Origin: Octopus sinensis
Taxonomy: Eukaryota
Direction: 5' to 3'
Length of the DNA stretch: 64,000 nucleotides
Assembly (NCBI RefSeq): GCF_006345805.1
Contig: NC_043007.1
Location: 26,970,001 to 27,034,000 of the forward strand
This document shows, piece after piece, positions 14,370 through 29,827 of this stretch. A program made the translations under genes and the position numbers. Under the pieces are notes generated by a model. It searched no databases, was not told the origin of the DNA, and worked only from the letters and a program-made list of their open reading frames with translations. How positions within the stretch are numbered: position 1 is the first letter of the stretch; every line of letters begins with the position of its first letter.

Positions 14370-14749
14370 TCTCTCTCTATATAAACGGCAGTTTGTCTGT
14401 GCGTGTTTCTGTGTGTCGTTTTCTCGTACCCTCACCCTGACCACGGCTTTCAACCGATTCTGATGAAACTTGACACACACATAGCCCAATGTCATAATTC
14501 AAAACTAACGCAGCGAAAATTTTGAAAAGTTCCCCCAGTTCTGAAAAAATCGAAAATCGACATGGGGTCGAGAATAAAAAAAACAAACCACAGACTGTCT
14601 AGGGGACGCAACTCAACCTTTTATTACTCTCAAAAAAAATTTACCATCATTTTTTTTTCCATTTTTGGCTATTTTTTGGCTATAACTCTCTAAAAATGCT
14701 TTATAGTTATTTCCCTTACAAACCTGAGCAACGCCGGGCATACTGCTAG
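14370..14749 (+). mobile_element. Non-autonomous Helitron
   Basis: 5' TC (A|TCTCTCTCTATATAAAC), subterminal hairpin CCTGAGCAACGCCGGG, 3' CTAG|T at 14746-14750. Lies within an AT/TA context. Confidence 0.7.
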
Positions 14750-14818
<69 letters not shown>

Positions 14819-15852
14819 ATATATATATGTATATATATTGGATGTGTCGGTTACATTTGTTCTATTTTGCTGTTTACCATTCTATTGTCATTTGTCTGAA
14901 AAGAGGTAAAAATTCATTCTATTTTCAACACGATAAACCACGGTTTCTTGCGAAAGAATACAGCACATTAAAAAAGAACATACCCAAAAACAAGTATGAA
15001 CATCATGATAAAAATATTTTTCGTGATATTTCAAATGACTAGGGAAAAGATTAAAATAATTAGAACCGAACGAATTTAAATAACAACCTAATATTTCAAG
15101 TCATAAGATCTAGTATTTACATAGAGACTAATATTATAGCATATCTATAATATTCTAGAAATTTTATCACGTTAGCTAATCTACCGTTACGTTATAATAT
15201 TCATTCATGGCAAATGAGAAATCAGTGTACATACATTAGCAATCGAATCATCCACGCAGCATTTTGAACAGCGTAAGCGATAAGGTAGGTGAACGGATAT
15301 CCTCGATGTCTTTTGATAAAAATGTTTTCAAGTGTAGGCAGCTGTGCAATATAACAAAGCACCAAGAAAGAGTGGATTATCTGATAAGTTAGGAAACGTA
15401 AATAACATGGGGAGTGTACAACATAGGAATAAGAAAACGAAAAGAAATACTTTATGGTGCAACGGAGTATATTACCCAGCAGTAAGAAATAATAGAGCGA
15501 GGGAATTTCTTAATTTGGCAGATTACCATTATTTGCCGGAACATAATTATAGTAATTATATTAAATAGGAAATGAAATGGAAAACGTACGCTTGAAAAAC
15601 CGTTTTTATACATTTCACTCGCACATTAAGCGTTTCCTTCATATCTACGTATAATATTTCAAAATATATTCAAACACCACGTAATCCAGGAGAAAACAGA
15701 CTGGGATTAACAGCTGGATAAGCAGAAAGGTTAAACCAGTCAATTAAGATGATTTCAATTATAGTTATTAAAAATACATCTTACAGAATAAGTTGACGGA
15801 TTGGGTTTTGCAATTTATCGTTTCTTGGGCTGACAGATGTTTATACACACAC

Positions 15853-15885
<33 letters not shown>

Positions 15886-16211
15886 CTGACGAGGAAACTG
15901 TTCTGTTGATCGGATCAACCCGGACCCTCGTTGTCGTAACCGACGGAGTGCGTGTATCGTATAATATCCTGACCATAATAAGACTTTCGTACGTAGGCTG
16001 AAGAATGAGCGCAGTCCACCGAATAGATCCCAGGAATTAAACAGTGAAGGTGTGCCACCTAGTGGTCAAGGGTGCTGTACTCACGATCGCAAGTCAGAAG
16101 TTTTCATTCCCCGACTGGACGAAACACCGTCTCCTTCAGCAAAGACATTTCATTTCTCGTTGCACCCAAATCGTGAATGAGTAATCTTGCAACGGGATAG
16201 CGTTACGATAA

Positions 16212-16613
16212 AGGGGACAAAAAGGACAGACAAACGGATTAAGTCGACCCTAGTGCGTAACTGGTACTTAATTTATCGACCCCGAAAGGAGGAAAGGCAA
16301 AGTCGACCTCGACGGAATTTGAACTCAGCACGTAACGGCAGACAAAATACCGTTTAGCATTGCACCCAGCGTGCTAACATTTCTTATTTCTTTATTACCC
16401 ACAAGGGTCTAAACGCAGAGGGGACAAACAAGAACAAAGGGATTAAGTCGATTACATCCACCCCAGTGCGTAAGTGGAATTTTATTTCTCGACCCCGAAA
16501 GGATGAAAGGCAAAGTCGACCTCGGCAGAATTTGAACTCAGAACGTAACAGCAGATGAAATACTGTTAAGCATTTCGCCTGGTTTTGCTAACGATTCTGC
16601 CAGCTCGCCGCCT
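16212..16613 (-). mobile_element. Head-to-tail dimer of SINE family A
   Basis: Full copy at about 16381-16613, followed on the minus strand by a 5'-truncated copy at about 16212-16380. Confidence 0.85.
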
Positions 16614-17099
16614 GTCCAAATTGATAACATTAATTTCCATTATATCAATATATTTACGTGCAATTGAATGTTTAAATCATATTTCTGTGTAGTTAAACAG
16701 AGAAATATTACATAATGCTGTCGGCTGTTCAATATGGGTTCCTACGTTACTCGAATTACTTTCTGCATCAAACATATAACAAGGCGTTGTGAGTTCATTC
16801 TCTTAGCACGAACACTATCATAACTCTAATAACAAATATACTTTCTTCTCTTTGATAAATTAATTAGCGTTCATGCTGTGCTGAAGCATATGTTATTCCT
16901 TAACGGATATTAAACTAACAACAGCATGCAAATTAGCACTCATTCTTGAGGCCTTTTCTATAGGTGTGTGCTGTTTCTTCACAGACTAAAAGTAACTGAA
17001 ATCATAAAAAATAGCCGTCTTTGATGTTTAGAAGATATTTGAACAGAGATCCACATACCTGCAAAACAACAACAGTGAGGAATTAAAGATGAATGTATG

Positions 17100-17101
17100 T
17101 G

Positions 17102-17179
<78 letters not shown>

Positions 17180-17467
17180 GCTATCTATCTATCTATCTAT
17201 CTATCTACCCATCTACCCATCTACCCATCTATCTATCTATCAATTTGTATATATTATATCATATATATATGAATGCATATATACATTTATATACATATAT
17301 ATACATACACCCATATGTATACACCCCCCCTTATATATATATTTATATATATACATATATATATGTTTAAGTATATACATATACATCAAAAACTATTATC
17401 ACTATGTATGATCATATATATATATACATATAGCATGTATTATACATTTACATGCATACACACATGC

Positions 17468-17502
<35 letters not shown>

Positions 17503-17516
17503 ATATATAAATATAT

Positions 17517-17564
<48 letters not shown>

Positions 17565-17578
17565 AATATATATATATA

Positions 17579-17614
<36 letters not shown>

Positions 17615-17715
17615 ACTTCTGAGTATTTATCTATATCTATGTCTAATCTATATAGATATTCGTATACACATATATATGATATACTTGTGTGTGTGTGTTT
17701 GCATCTATCTATATA
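17100..17715. repeat. (TCTA)n + (TA)n + (TG)n microsatellite cluster
   Basis: Directly visible. Confidence 0.9.
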
Positions 17716-18633
17716 TATAAATTCATTTTTGCTGTTATTGTAGTGATTATTGCTGATATTTTTTGGCCCCAGACCAGCCGTAGTCATCTTTCCATTTAAT
17801 GAAAATAACATTCCGTCCAGGCAATCTGTTTTAGCTTGAATGATATATTCGGATGACCGCATCGACTGCCCCACTAATTTAAACGATATTTCCAGCAGTT
17901 AAAAGTTATATGACCCGGTGGTGTTTGATCAGAGGTTAAGGACGGATGAGAATTAGTTCTGAGATGCAATCATTCTATTGTTCCAGTCCCTAGCTGAATT
18001 TCACCTGTTTCTCAATTTGTCCCAAAGTTCTTATCTCGACGTAAAATTAACGAAGCGAACGTCATCTGACAAACGCCAAACAAGATGGCGTGAATCAGCC
18101 AAGCTTTACCTACAACAAATAGCAACACAAATACTTTTATATCACATTCGAATGCTGGAGATTCAAGAATCAAAGGAAGGGCAGGTCTTGAATCCCAAGA
18201 TCATCCTGATTTCAAAAACACTAATGTCTATGCAGAGCTAAATGTAGACTAAGATACTGGGGTTCCGGACACACAGAATTTCGCTTTTATGATAATAGAT
18301 TTAGATATAGCGCACTCAGGATTCCATTATCCAATCTTTTTTTTTTGTAGTGTGTGTTGTACGATTGATTCTGATATAAGGAACATTTTGCATTTCCTCA
18401 GAAACCAAACGACCGCGTCAACACTTCATCGATATATAATCAATACGTATTGATTGTTGTTTTTATCGTAATATCCCATGATTCTCGTTCATCCCTTCTA
18501 ACTATGGGTCCCGTTCATGAGTATTTTACTCGGCTAGACCCCCGCCCACATAGCTATTCAATGACTGAAAAATCGTATAATATTATTATGATTAAATAAG
18601 GAATTTTATCAAAAAATTGTCAGGATATTTTGT

Positions 18634-18773
18634 GTATTACTCTTTACTCTCTTTACTGTTTTACTTGTTTCAGTCATTTTGACTGTGGTCATGTTGGAGC
18701 ACCGCCTTTAGTCGAGCAAATCGACCCCAAGACTTATTCTTTGTAAGCCCAGTACTTATTCTATCGGTCTCTT
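18634..18773 (-). mobile_element. SINE family B 3' end with (AAAGAGT)-like tail
   Basis: Reverse of ...GAGACCGATAGAATAAGTACTGGGCTTACAAAG...GGCGGTGCTCCA...GAAACAAGTAAAA. Confidence 0.85.
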
Positions 18774-19253
18774 GGAATTTTAAACAATATATTGCACATA
18801 AATTTTAACAAGAGAACATTGTGACTGGAGTAAACAGAACAGGAAGTCACACATGGATGGAAGAATCGCTGAAGAGGTCACTGGTGTGTGACGAAAGATT
18901 TCCATACAATGGATATAAAATAAAATAAGAACAATAATAAACGGGTGCAGAAGGAATATACCATGCGTGTGTTTATTTGGAAGAAAAAAATGACCGTTCC
19001 GAAATATGAAAATATTGCACATAAATTGTAACAACAAAATCTTATATGGACCCTCATTAAGAAACACTGATTCTAATCCCAGGCCAACCCTCATCAGGTA
19101 CACTTAATACCAATGACAGTCCACTGCTGGCCACATTACTTAGTATATTTAGGACGACGTTATTCTAGGCATCCTTCATATGTTTAAGAATGTTGGCTGT
19201 GGTATGAGGGATATTTGGTTGCTATTTTTAGTATGGCTCTGAGTTATTAAATG

Positions 19254-19675
19254 AGGCGGCAAGATGGCAGAAACGTTAGCTGGCCGGGCGATGTGCTTAG
19301 CGGTATTTCTTCTGTCCTTACATTCGAAGTTTGAATTCCGCCGAAGTCGACTTTACCTTTCATCCTTTCGGGGTCGATAAATTAAGGATCAGTTACGCAC
19401 TGGGGTAGATGTAATCGACTTAATCCGTTTGTCTGTCCTTGTTTGTCCCCTCTAAGTTTATCTCCTTGCTTGTGAGCAATAAAGAAATAAGAAACTTTGC
19501 ACTCCAGGTGAAATGCTTAGTAGTATTTCGTTTGTCTGAGTTCAAATTCCGCTGAGGTCGACTTTAACTTTCATCCTTTCGGGGTCGATAAATCAAGTAC
19601 GAGTTGCGCACTGGGGTCGATCTAATCGACTGGCCCCCTCCCCTAAAATTTTGGGCTTTGTACCTAGAATCAAAA
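19254..19675 (+). mobile_element. Head-to-tail dimer of SINE family A
   Basis: Full copy at 19254-19490 plus a 5'-truncated copy starting GAAACTTTGCACTCCAGG and carrying an alternative 3' tail. Confidence 0.85.
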
Positions 19676-20334
19676 AAAATATCTACAGTAGTAATAAAGG
19701 CTTCTGCATATAAATTTCCTTCAATCAATTTCGGTGTAAGGTGTCCGAGATATATTCCTCTTTATAGTCAAACAATTTCAAAAATTCCCCTGCCGTTCCT
19801 ATCTACAAGAACGCTCAATCTATACATTCTTTCTTTTACTGTTGGAAAATGTCCAAGTCATAAAGTGGAAAAAAAAAATCGATTGTAAATATTCTTATGT
19901 TATCTCACATTTAATATTATCTTATTTAGTATATTAAAGCGTTTATTTGCAAATAATTTTGTCGGTTTTACATTATGACGTCACAGTTCTTTTGTAACGC
20001 TTCTCTCTCATCGAACAATGAACCTAGCGGAGAAATATAAATAAAACATTATACATATTTCTTTCAGAGGATCTATTCTACTACAACGATGGTTTATTTC
20101 TTGTTTACTAAAATTTCTAAAGCTGTTTTTAATGTCATCGGAGGAATTGTTACTTACGTGTCTTAATCAGTCGAGGGAAAAGGAGGGACCCCCCTACACC
20201 ACCGCCAATATCCACCAGCCTCACCACCACCACCCGCAACCCACACACGTCCGCTGATGATCTTCTCTTTTTGCATGGGAGAAGAGAGAACGACAAGAAG
20301 TGAAGACCAGTTTACATACACACACATACATGTG

Positions 20335-20336
20335 CG

Positions 20337-20369
<33 letters not shown>

Positions 20370-20794
20370 TATAATATATATATATATATAATCTATATAT
20401 ATATATATAGTTATATATATATATTATATATTATACATATATATATACATATATATATATATATTATATATATATGCATACATACATACATAGACATATG
20501 TAGACACACACATATATATATATATGTATAGATATGTATATATATATGTATATAAATATATATACATATATGTACATATGTATATACACATACACACTCA
20601 AACACAGAAATATGTATGTGTGTGTGCGTATATGTTATAATATATATATGTACATATATAGACCCACACAGAAATATATAATATATATATTATATTATAC
20701 ATATATATATATATATATGCTCACACTATATATTCATATATGTACAATATATTTAGAATACCAACGTAGATATATTATATATATATATATATAC

Positions 20795-20828
<34 letters not shown>

Positions 20829-20835
20829 CTATATA
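20335..20835. repeat. Degenerate (TA)n-rich tract
   Basis: Directly visible. Confidence 0.9.
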
Positions 20836-21806
20836 ATGATTAATAACACGAACATACTATATATAAGTGTGATATAAGTGTGAATAAAGCAACATATTCG
20901 TGTGTATTTGTGAGTATGTGTGAAGGGTGGGGTGAATAGCATATGAATTTTACAATTGTTTACCTCTATGGTCATCATTGTGTGTTGCTAGCAGGAAATA
21001 TAGTAGAAGAGAGCAAGAACCGTTAGTTTTGAAGTACTAAGAATCAATAAACGAATATACCAAGTTATACTGAAATCAGAGTTCTCGCCCAAATGTTGGC
21101 AGGAAAATTGACCCAGCTAAAATCACTTAGGAGACCCCTAGCCTATGATATCACACAAGGGATTTTAACCAAGAATTATATCATGGAAGAGTAAAGTTCA
21201 GCCAGGCGTCTTCGAGGTTATGTTCCTTACAATGTTTTGGAGATTAGTTTTATTAAGCTTGGCCTCTCAATTTGGGATCAAGAATTGGACGATGGCTTCT
21301 GCTCTTCAAGCTCAGGTAGATACTGGATCTCTTTGGTTCCACTCTTGGCCCTACTTGGAAATTCTCCTATATTAGTAGGATTGCATCATAAATGTGTTTA
21401 CACGTATTAAGTTTTATATAATTCCCCATCCTCTCCCTTTCTTTGATCTTTTGTCTAACACCACCACATTGTAAGCTGCCCGGGTAATGTACCCCGCAAC
21501 GAAGGCCTTCTGGCGAATAAAATATATCGTTATGGGCAGAATCCAAAGTGAACATGCTAGAGGAAAGCGATAGCGTGTTGGTGAGCAAAGCAGAGGGACA
21601 AGAGACAGTTCATAGGTATAAGAGTTTCACATAATGGACGCCACTGCAATCACCGAGATAAGTTTCCAGCACAATACGTTGCCATTGCAGTTCACTGTTA
21701 AATTTTTTTCTATTTTTGAGTCAGTTGTGCTGAAGTTAGTCATTTACAGTTGGTGAGATTCAGACTGAATACATGTACGAAATATTACGGATGTCAAAAG
21801 ACTTCG

Positions 21807-22173
<367 letters not shown>

Positions 22174-22599
22174 GAATGATAACGTGCAAAAAAAAAATAG
22201 CGAAAAAATTAAAGACAGTTTGCCAATAAATTGGACAAAAACAAATATATGTAAATATGAATGAATATAAACAAAAAACATTCTCGAAGCCATTGTTATC
22301 GATGAGCAGGTATGCTTCAGGATGAAGTATTGATTTATACATGATGTGAAAACAGCCAACAGAAATCGATCTACGGGTTGGTCTGCTGGCATTTTTATTC
22401 ACTGCTTGAAGACCCTGGGCTACTGAAGAGCGAACTGCAGGAGAAATGCAAGAGAAGACAAAAGTGTCTCGTGATGTTAGTCTGGGGACGACGTGGTAAC
22501 TGGGTAGATACGTACTTAGGTAGTATGTGATGAAATTCATTGTTTGTATTTGATTAATACCCCGACAAATAAACAAATAAAACCTGTCTCTATAAATAT

Positions 22600-22832
22600 A
22601 TGTTTTCTTATTACCCACAAGGGGCTAAACATAGAGGGGACAAACAAAGACAGACAAACGAATTAAGTCGATTACAACGACCCCAGTGTGTAACTGGTAC
22701 TTAATTTATCGACCCCGAAAGAATGAAAGGCAAAGTCGACCTCGGCGGAATTTGAACTCAGAACGCAGCGGCGGACGAAATACCGCAAAGCATTTCGCCC
22801 GGATTGCTAACGATTCTGCCAGCTCGCCGCCT
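22600..22832 (-). mobile_element. SINE family A, full length
   Basis: Colinear with 34653-34885 in reverse. Confidence 0.9.
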
Positions 22833-23277
22833 CTATAAATATATAATTGAATTAGATTAGACGAAGAGAGCATATAATGAAATACCACTCAAAATGGCGG
22901 TGCCGCAGCATGGCCGTAGCATTTGGGTTGAAACGGGATGAAAGAAGACAGCTTTCTGGTAATTCCAAAGGACAATTAAGAAATCGTGATACCTAAGCAG
23001 CATATATTACTCTTCGTATTGCAGGTATTCGGGTGAGTGTTCACAAAATATTCTTCATAGATTCTAAGCCATTACTGGCGATAATGTTGGACCATAATAA
23101 TGTCTATCAGTTGAGAGCTGGTCTTAATGTAAGAGGTTTAAGTATTGTCGTTAATTTATCTGAGGTATTTTCTTTTCGTCGTCTGAAGAGACTTAATTAT
23201 CCGGATAGAATATAAGCTGAATGAAATGAAAAAATGTGTACCCGTTTCGGCTGAATTCAACGTCTCCTCTGTATAAC

Positions 23278-23317
<40 letters not shown>

Positions 23318-23535
23318 CACACACACACACTTCCAGAAACATGTTACGTAAATCCATACGGCTGCATATTGAACATGTTCAAAATGTTGCGACAATACAG
23401 ATTATTTATGTGTGTATGTATATCTATATCACATATTTTGTGTAATGATTTGAACAATCAGAAGCTGCCGTAGCCGTCTGGATAATGACTCCATTGTAAA
23501 CGTATTGTGTTAAAAGCACAATATACCACCCAGCC

Positions 23536-24052
<517 letters not shown>

Positions 24053-24463
24053 AACTCATATACACACATACACACACACATGTATATATTTATTATATAT
24101 ATACATGATTGAACGCCACGCTTGGCTATCCAAGTAAGTTTATCTTATATATATATATATATACCTGTGCGTGTGTATGTGTGTGTATGAGTGTGTGTCT
24201 ATGCGCATGTAGCATGTGTATGGAGGCAGACGTGCATGGATATATTTTATTGATTTAAGTATATATAAAGAGAGAGAAAAAAAAGGAAAAGAGGGAGCCA
24301 CAGATAGACAAAGATTTATACACTCTCTTGCACACACATACATACCCACACACAACACACACACACACACACACAACACACACACAAACCACACACAACA
24401 TATACACGCATACATAAATATGTATAATGTAACTGTTGCGCTGCGTGCATGAAAAGTGATATT

Positions 24464-24538
<75 letters not shown>

Positions 24539-24911
24539 TATATATATATAAAGAGAATATAAATAAACGATCAGAACTCTGCACTATTCAATCTAAGATA
24601 CGTAGTTGACATGCTGAAGAATTTCTTATACAAAGATAGGTCAAGCCCGGTTGTCTTCTCTATCGACATTTGGAAAATACGTCAAGAATTTTCCGAAACA
24701 AAGAACCGAGTCTTACATGGTACAAACCTTGGTAAAGAACACGAAGAAGAAGAAGAAGAAGAAGGAAAATAATCAAAGAAACTGTGCTTCTATTTCTCGG
24801 TTGACTTTCGATTTACCGTTCTGATTGCGAAAGCATGCAATACAGAGAAATAAAAGAAGGCGCACTTTTATACGCACACACATACGCAAGTAATCGCGTG
24901 TTCATGCACAT

Positions 24912-25040
<129 letters not shown>

Positions 25041-25984
25041 TCAATCTCTAAGTGTGTATACGGACATATAGACACGTATGTATGTACATATGTATACATA
25101 TATATATATATATGTGTTTTTGTGTTATGTATATATATAGGAAATTCCTCCTTTCTTAGTACTACTACTATATATATATATATATAATTATATATATATA
25201 TATATGTATATTATATATATATATATATATATATATTACATACATACACAATATAATTAATATTATATATACATATACACATAATATGTATATATATATT
25301 ATATATATATACATATACACACAATATATATATATATAATATATAATATGTATGTGTATGTGTACACACACGCGTGCATACACACACACTTACAGATATT
25401 TCATTTATATGTGTGTATATAGATATCTACGAATGCATCAGTCTATCTACATTTCTATCTTTCTCTCTAACTGCCTGTCTGTATGATTTTCAGTATGTTC
25501 TCTCTCTAAACCATCTCTCCCTCTCTCTCTCTCTCTCTCCCTCTCTATCTATCTATCGATCGATCTACTTTTATTTCTATCTATGCATCTGAATATTTAT
25601 CGATGAATTAAAAATGTAGGAAGGTAAGAATCCAAGCCGTGTGCTCTTGAAGCCAGTCTGCTAATTCCATTATTACAAACCAGTATGTTGTTGATGTGGT
25701 TATTGTATTGGTGTGAGGTGAATATTAGAGTTGAAAATTCAGGAATATGGAAAATTTGTCAGTCTCGTTTATACATCATTACACGTGTTTCGTTTGCTAA
25801 TAGGGAATCACGGTAATGTACATGTGTTTTTTTGTAAATTGGTACTTATACTATCGTTCTCTTGTGCTGAATCGCTAGGTCACTGAGACATAACGAAAGC
25901 AAAGGCTGCCAAACGTGGTAACGTACAGACAGACAGACAGACAAACAGACACACATACATACACACACGCACGAGATGCACACG

Positions 25985-26550
25985 ACCACATGATTCCAGA
26001 TTCAGTAGCAATGCATAATACCTTGGACAAGTGTCATCTACTCTGCCCACGGGCCGACTAAAGACTTGTGACTGTATTTGGCGCCAGAAAACTGAAACCC
26101 AACCGTAAATATATTATTATATATATATTATATATATAGATATATATATATAATTATATATATATAATATATAATATTACACATACATATATATATATAT
26201 ATAATATATATTATATATGTGTGTATCTATATATATACTATATAATATATACACATATATATATATATATATATGTGTGTGTATGTGTGCGTCTACGTTT
26301 GTGTGAGTGTGTGTGTGCATGTCTTTATGCCTATGCTTGTCCCCAAACCATCACTTGATAACCGATGTTGGTACGTTTATGTGTACGTAACTTAGACGTT
26401 CAGCAAAAGATACCGATAAAATAAGTACAAGGCATACAAACAATAAGTCCTGGCAGACGTTTTCTTCGGAAGAAAAATATTTTAAGGCGGTACTCCAGCA
26501 TGACCGCAATCAGATGACTGGAACTGGTCAAAGAATAAAAGAATGAAAAA
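25985..26550 (+). mobile_element. Diverged SINE family B with greatly expanded internal (TA)/(TG) linker
   Basis: 5' half at 25985-26107 (CCTTGGACAAGTGTC...GGGCCGACTAAAG), about 230 bp of microsatellite, then the 3' half at about 26335-26550. Confidence 0.7.
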
Positions 26551-26784
26551 ACATACGTAAAGACAGACAGAGACACACACACATACACACACACACACAC
26601 ATATATAGATATATATGTATGTATATTCATATATATATATATGTGTATGCCTATATATATATATATATCTGCATATATATATGTATATGCATATATATGT
26701 ATATAAATATGTGTGTATGTATTTACACATATATACGCACATACGCACATGCCCGCACATATAAATAATGTGTGTGCGTGTATA

Positions 26785-26830
<46 letters not shown>

Positions 26831-27279
26831 GTACGTATGTTCAGGTTCTTAGTGTTCAAATTATTTAAAATCTAAATTGCCCAGTCAGTGATGTAGAGCA
26901 CGAAACCATATTTTTATTTCGACGTTTTCGACTGCGAGAATATCAGAAGCGTCGTGATAAAAGAGAATTGTTCGATCTGTTGGAAGTTCAAACAACAAAA
27001 CATAAGAGAAAATCTGGAGAATTATAATATATACAACGAATGAGTTGACATCAACAACCACAGATTGTTATTACATTATCTAATATAATAAACTCTGCGT
27101 ATTTTAGGAGAATACAGACTATACGTATGCAGAAATTCTGTATATTCATAAATAAATTTCTATTCTGTCCCACTGAAGTGTAGCAGTTAGAGGAAGAGAG
27201 TCTGGAAAAAGAGAGGAAACTATTAAGTGACGTTAAAGAGCGGAAGAGAGGTACACTCGTACGTTCTTATATACATATA

Positions 27280-27575
27280 CAGAGTGCCTCAATAGAATGT
27301 ATACGCATTTGAACACTTATAAAGGCAATATTGATTAAGAGATAACTCAGATTTACCCGTAAGAATAGATGATGGCGTCAAAATTTAGCTTTGAAGAAAG
27401 GAAATTTATCCTAAAATGCTATTGGAATTATGAGAACACAGTTGAAGTCCAAAGACGGTATAAATGACAATTTTAGTTTAACCAACCTAAACGCGTATCC
27501 ATCTCTCGAATCATTAACAAGTTTGCTGAACTGGGAGATGCCATTGAACAAAAATGCACTCAAATACCTAATGGA
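27280..27575 (+). pseudogene. Tc1/mariner-superfamily transposase 5' fragment (DUF4817-like HTH) with left TIR
   Basis: TA|CAGAGTGCCTCAATAG TIR-like start at 27278-27295. From ATG 27372: MASKFSFEERKFILKCYWNYENTVEVQRRYK*QF*FNQPKRVSISRIINKFAELGD, with two stops. Confidence 0.75.
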
Positions 27576-29649
27576 CCTTTTTTTTTTGCTGTTATTAATT
27601 CGATTACTTCCTGTTGTTAACAATGGATGGATCAAAATGGATATCAATTTGAAGACAGACGATTACAAAATGTTTAGAAAATTGATTTAAAATGGATTCT
27701 GCTTTATATAATTTAATTAATTTGGGCAAACATTTTTTAGGTGTTTAAAGGCATTTTAATTACATTTGTAACACACACACACGCATACACACCCACACAC
27801 GCACACACACAAACACATAGAAACACACACACACACATACACACACACAGATATACACAGTTATATATAAATGATAAATCTACTGGAGTCGAGCACACAA
27901 TTTGTTACTAGATTCATGGACACTGTTAATAACCACACCAATGAGTTAGCTGTATCTCTTTTCACTAAATTAGTAGACTTAAATTACAAAGCCAGATTGA
28001 TATACACGTGACCCACCAATGTATGTCAGTCATACATTTCAGTTCATACAATATTGAACGAGTGATGTTACATACGTCTAATAGAGCTATCGTAAAACGG
28101 AAGGAATATTACAAACATCTGCGGAATTCGAACGCTGTGTCTACTGTATAACCGTGTTATCCACAGCATCTAGTACACTTAAATTAGTTAGCTTCAATAA
28201 TCGGGTAGTGATCAGTGAAACATATCCGTATCTTTGTCCAGAGTATCACAGACACGTACTTACATACGTACACACACACACGTACATACGCATGCACGTA
28301 TGTATATGTATGTATACGTACACACATACATATATAGATACATGCATGCGTACATGCATACATGTATGCATGTGTGTATATATGCATGCATACATGCATA
28401 CATACGCACATACAAACATACAAACATACATTTATTTTTGTTTAAAAAACTCCATTTTTTTTCTCTGTGGCTTTGAGTTCTATCCTACATGCGTTGCTCC
28501 AGCATGTCCGCATTTCAACGACAGAAGCAAATAATAGATAAAAGATGCATATACTTCAGAAGAAACCAAAGTAACATCGTCCGTAATATTCGAACGCTAT
28601 ATACACCACAAACCGTATAAGTGTGCCAACCTGTACATCACAGTTGTATATGAAATTGCTGATAACTTAAATGCTTAGACTTTAATAGAACGGCTAGACT
28701 GAGTTATTAATAGCCTGTCATTCTTTGGATTCAATCCATGAACGTATTCATATTAAAGAAATTAATTATTCATAATATGTAAGCGTATTTCTTTTACGAT
28801 GCTTTCACTTAGAGTGGCACCTGTTTTCTTAGAAGTTAATAGACACACTGAAGCTCAAAAAAATGTTACAAATTTAGAATACATATTTCCTTTCAGACCA
28901 TTGTATAAGAGCAGCGTGAGGTCAGGAAGACACATTCTCTGCAAATGAAATAATATTATATATAATATTATATGATAATAATAATATATAATGCTAGTTG
29001 ACAGACCAACCACCGGGAGGTTTTCTTGCCGGCCGCTAGGTAATACTTGCTTGACTGATTTCCATTTTGAGTCTATTTTCTTATAAATTACATCTAATTT
29101 TCTTTGTCATATTTATTCGTTTAATAGCACTCACTCGTTCGGTGAATATTTCTTTCATTATTTTAATATCTCTCTTTTAAATAAACTCAAAATTAGCTCA
29201 TCTTCGTGGTTATTTAGCATGCTAGACATAGCCGGGATCAGCTGGGTATATTCAAGGGCCTATAATATACCGAATAGCCATACTATCTCTGATATATTTT
29301 GATATCAAATAACGCCGGTATTGCTGGCAGGCTGGGCGAAATGCTTAGAGGTATTTCGTCTGCCGTTACGTTGAGAGTTCAAATTCCACCGAAATCTGAA
29401 GATATAGAATTGTTCGAATTTGTATAAATCTTCTTGTCCATTTCCTCGCATTCAAATTTGTGTAAAAAAGGACAACAACTTTAGAGTGACTTTTAGATAT
29501 TTGACATCTAATCCAGCATAATGGCGTTGTGTCTCCAGCACCCTTAAGAATAATTATATATATATAATCATGTGTGTATATATATATAATATATAGAGGA
29601 GAGAGAGAGAGAGAGAGATAAATAGATCGATTGATAGATAGATATAGTC

Positions 29650-29697
<48 letters not shown>

Positions 29698-29744
29698 ATA
29701 TATGAAAGAATGGAGTTGAACGACGAATTAACAAAATTCCTATA

Positions 29745-29827
29745 TTTTCGACATATGTTTCGAAGGCCGCATATTCCTAATTGCGAAGGAATGAGGAGTA
29801 CATTATGCCGCTTTCTCATCAGGAAAA
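29745..29827 (-). ncRNA. Type I hammerhead ribozyme motif, intact core, long helix II (PLE pseudo-LTR type)
   Basis: UUUUC-CUGAUGA-[GAAAGCGGCAUA...UAUGCGGCCUUC]-GAA-ACAUAUGU-C^GAAAA: 5-bp helix I, 12-bp helix II with 2 mismatches, palindromic helix III, GUC cleavage triplet. Confidence 0.75.

Noticed and set aside
16053-16068. CTCF-like TGCCACCTAGTGGTCA
   Set aside because: It overlaps the A box of a degenerate tRNA-derived SINE head, so it is probably a by-product.
18865-18905. Hammerhead-like CUGAAGA-G-GUCAC/GUGAC-GAAA
   Set aside because: Helix II is good, but helix I and the cleavage triplet cannot be formed convincingly. It is at best a decayed copy.
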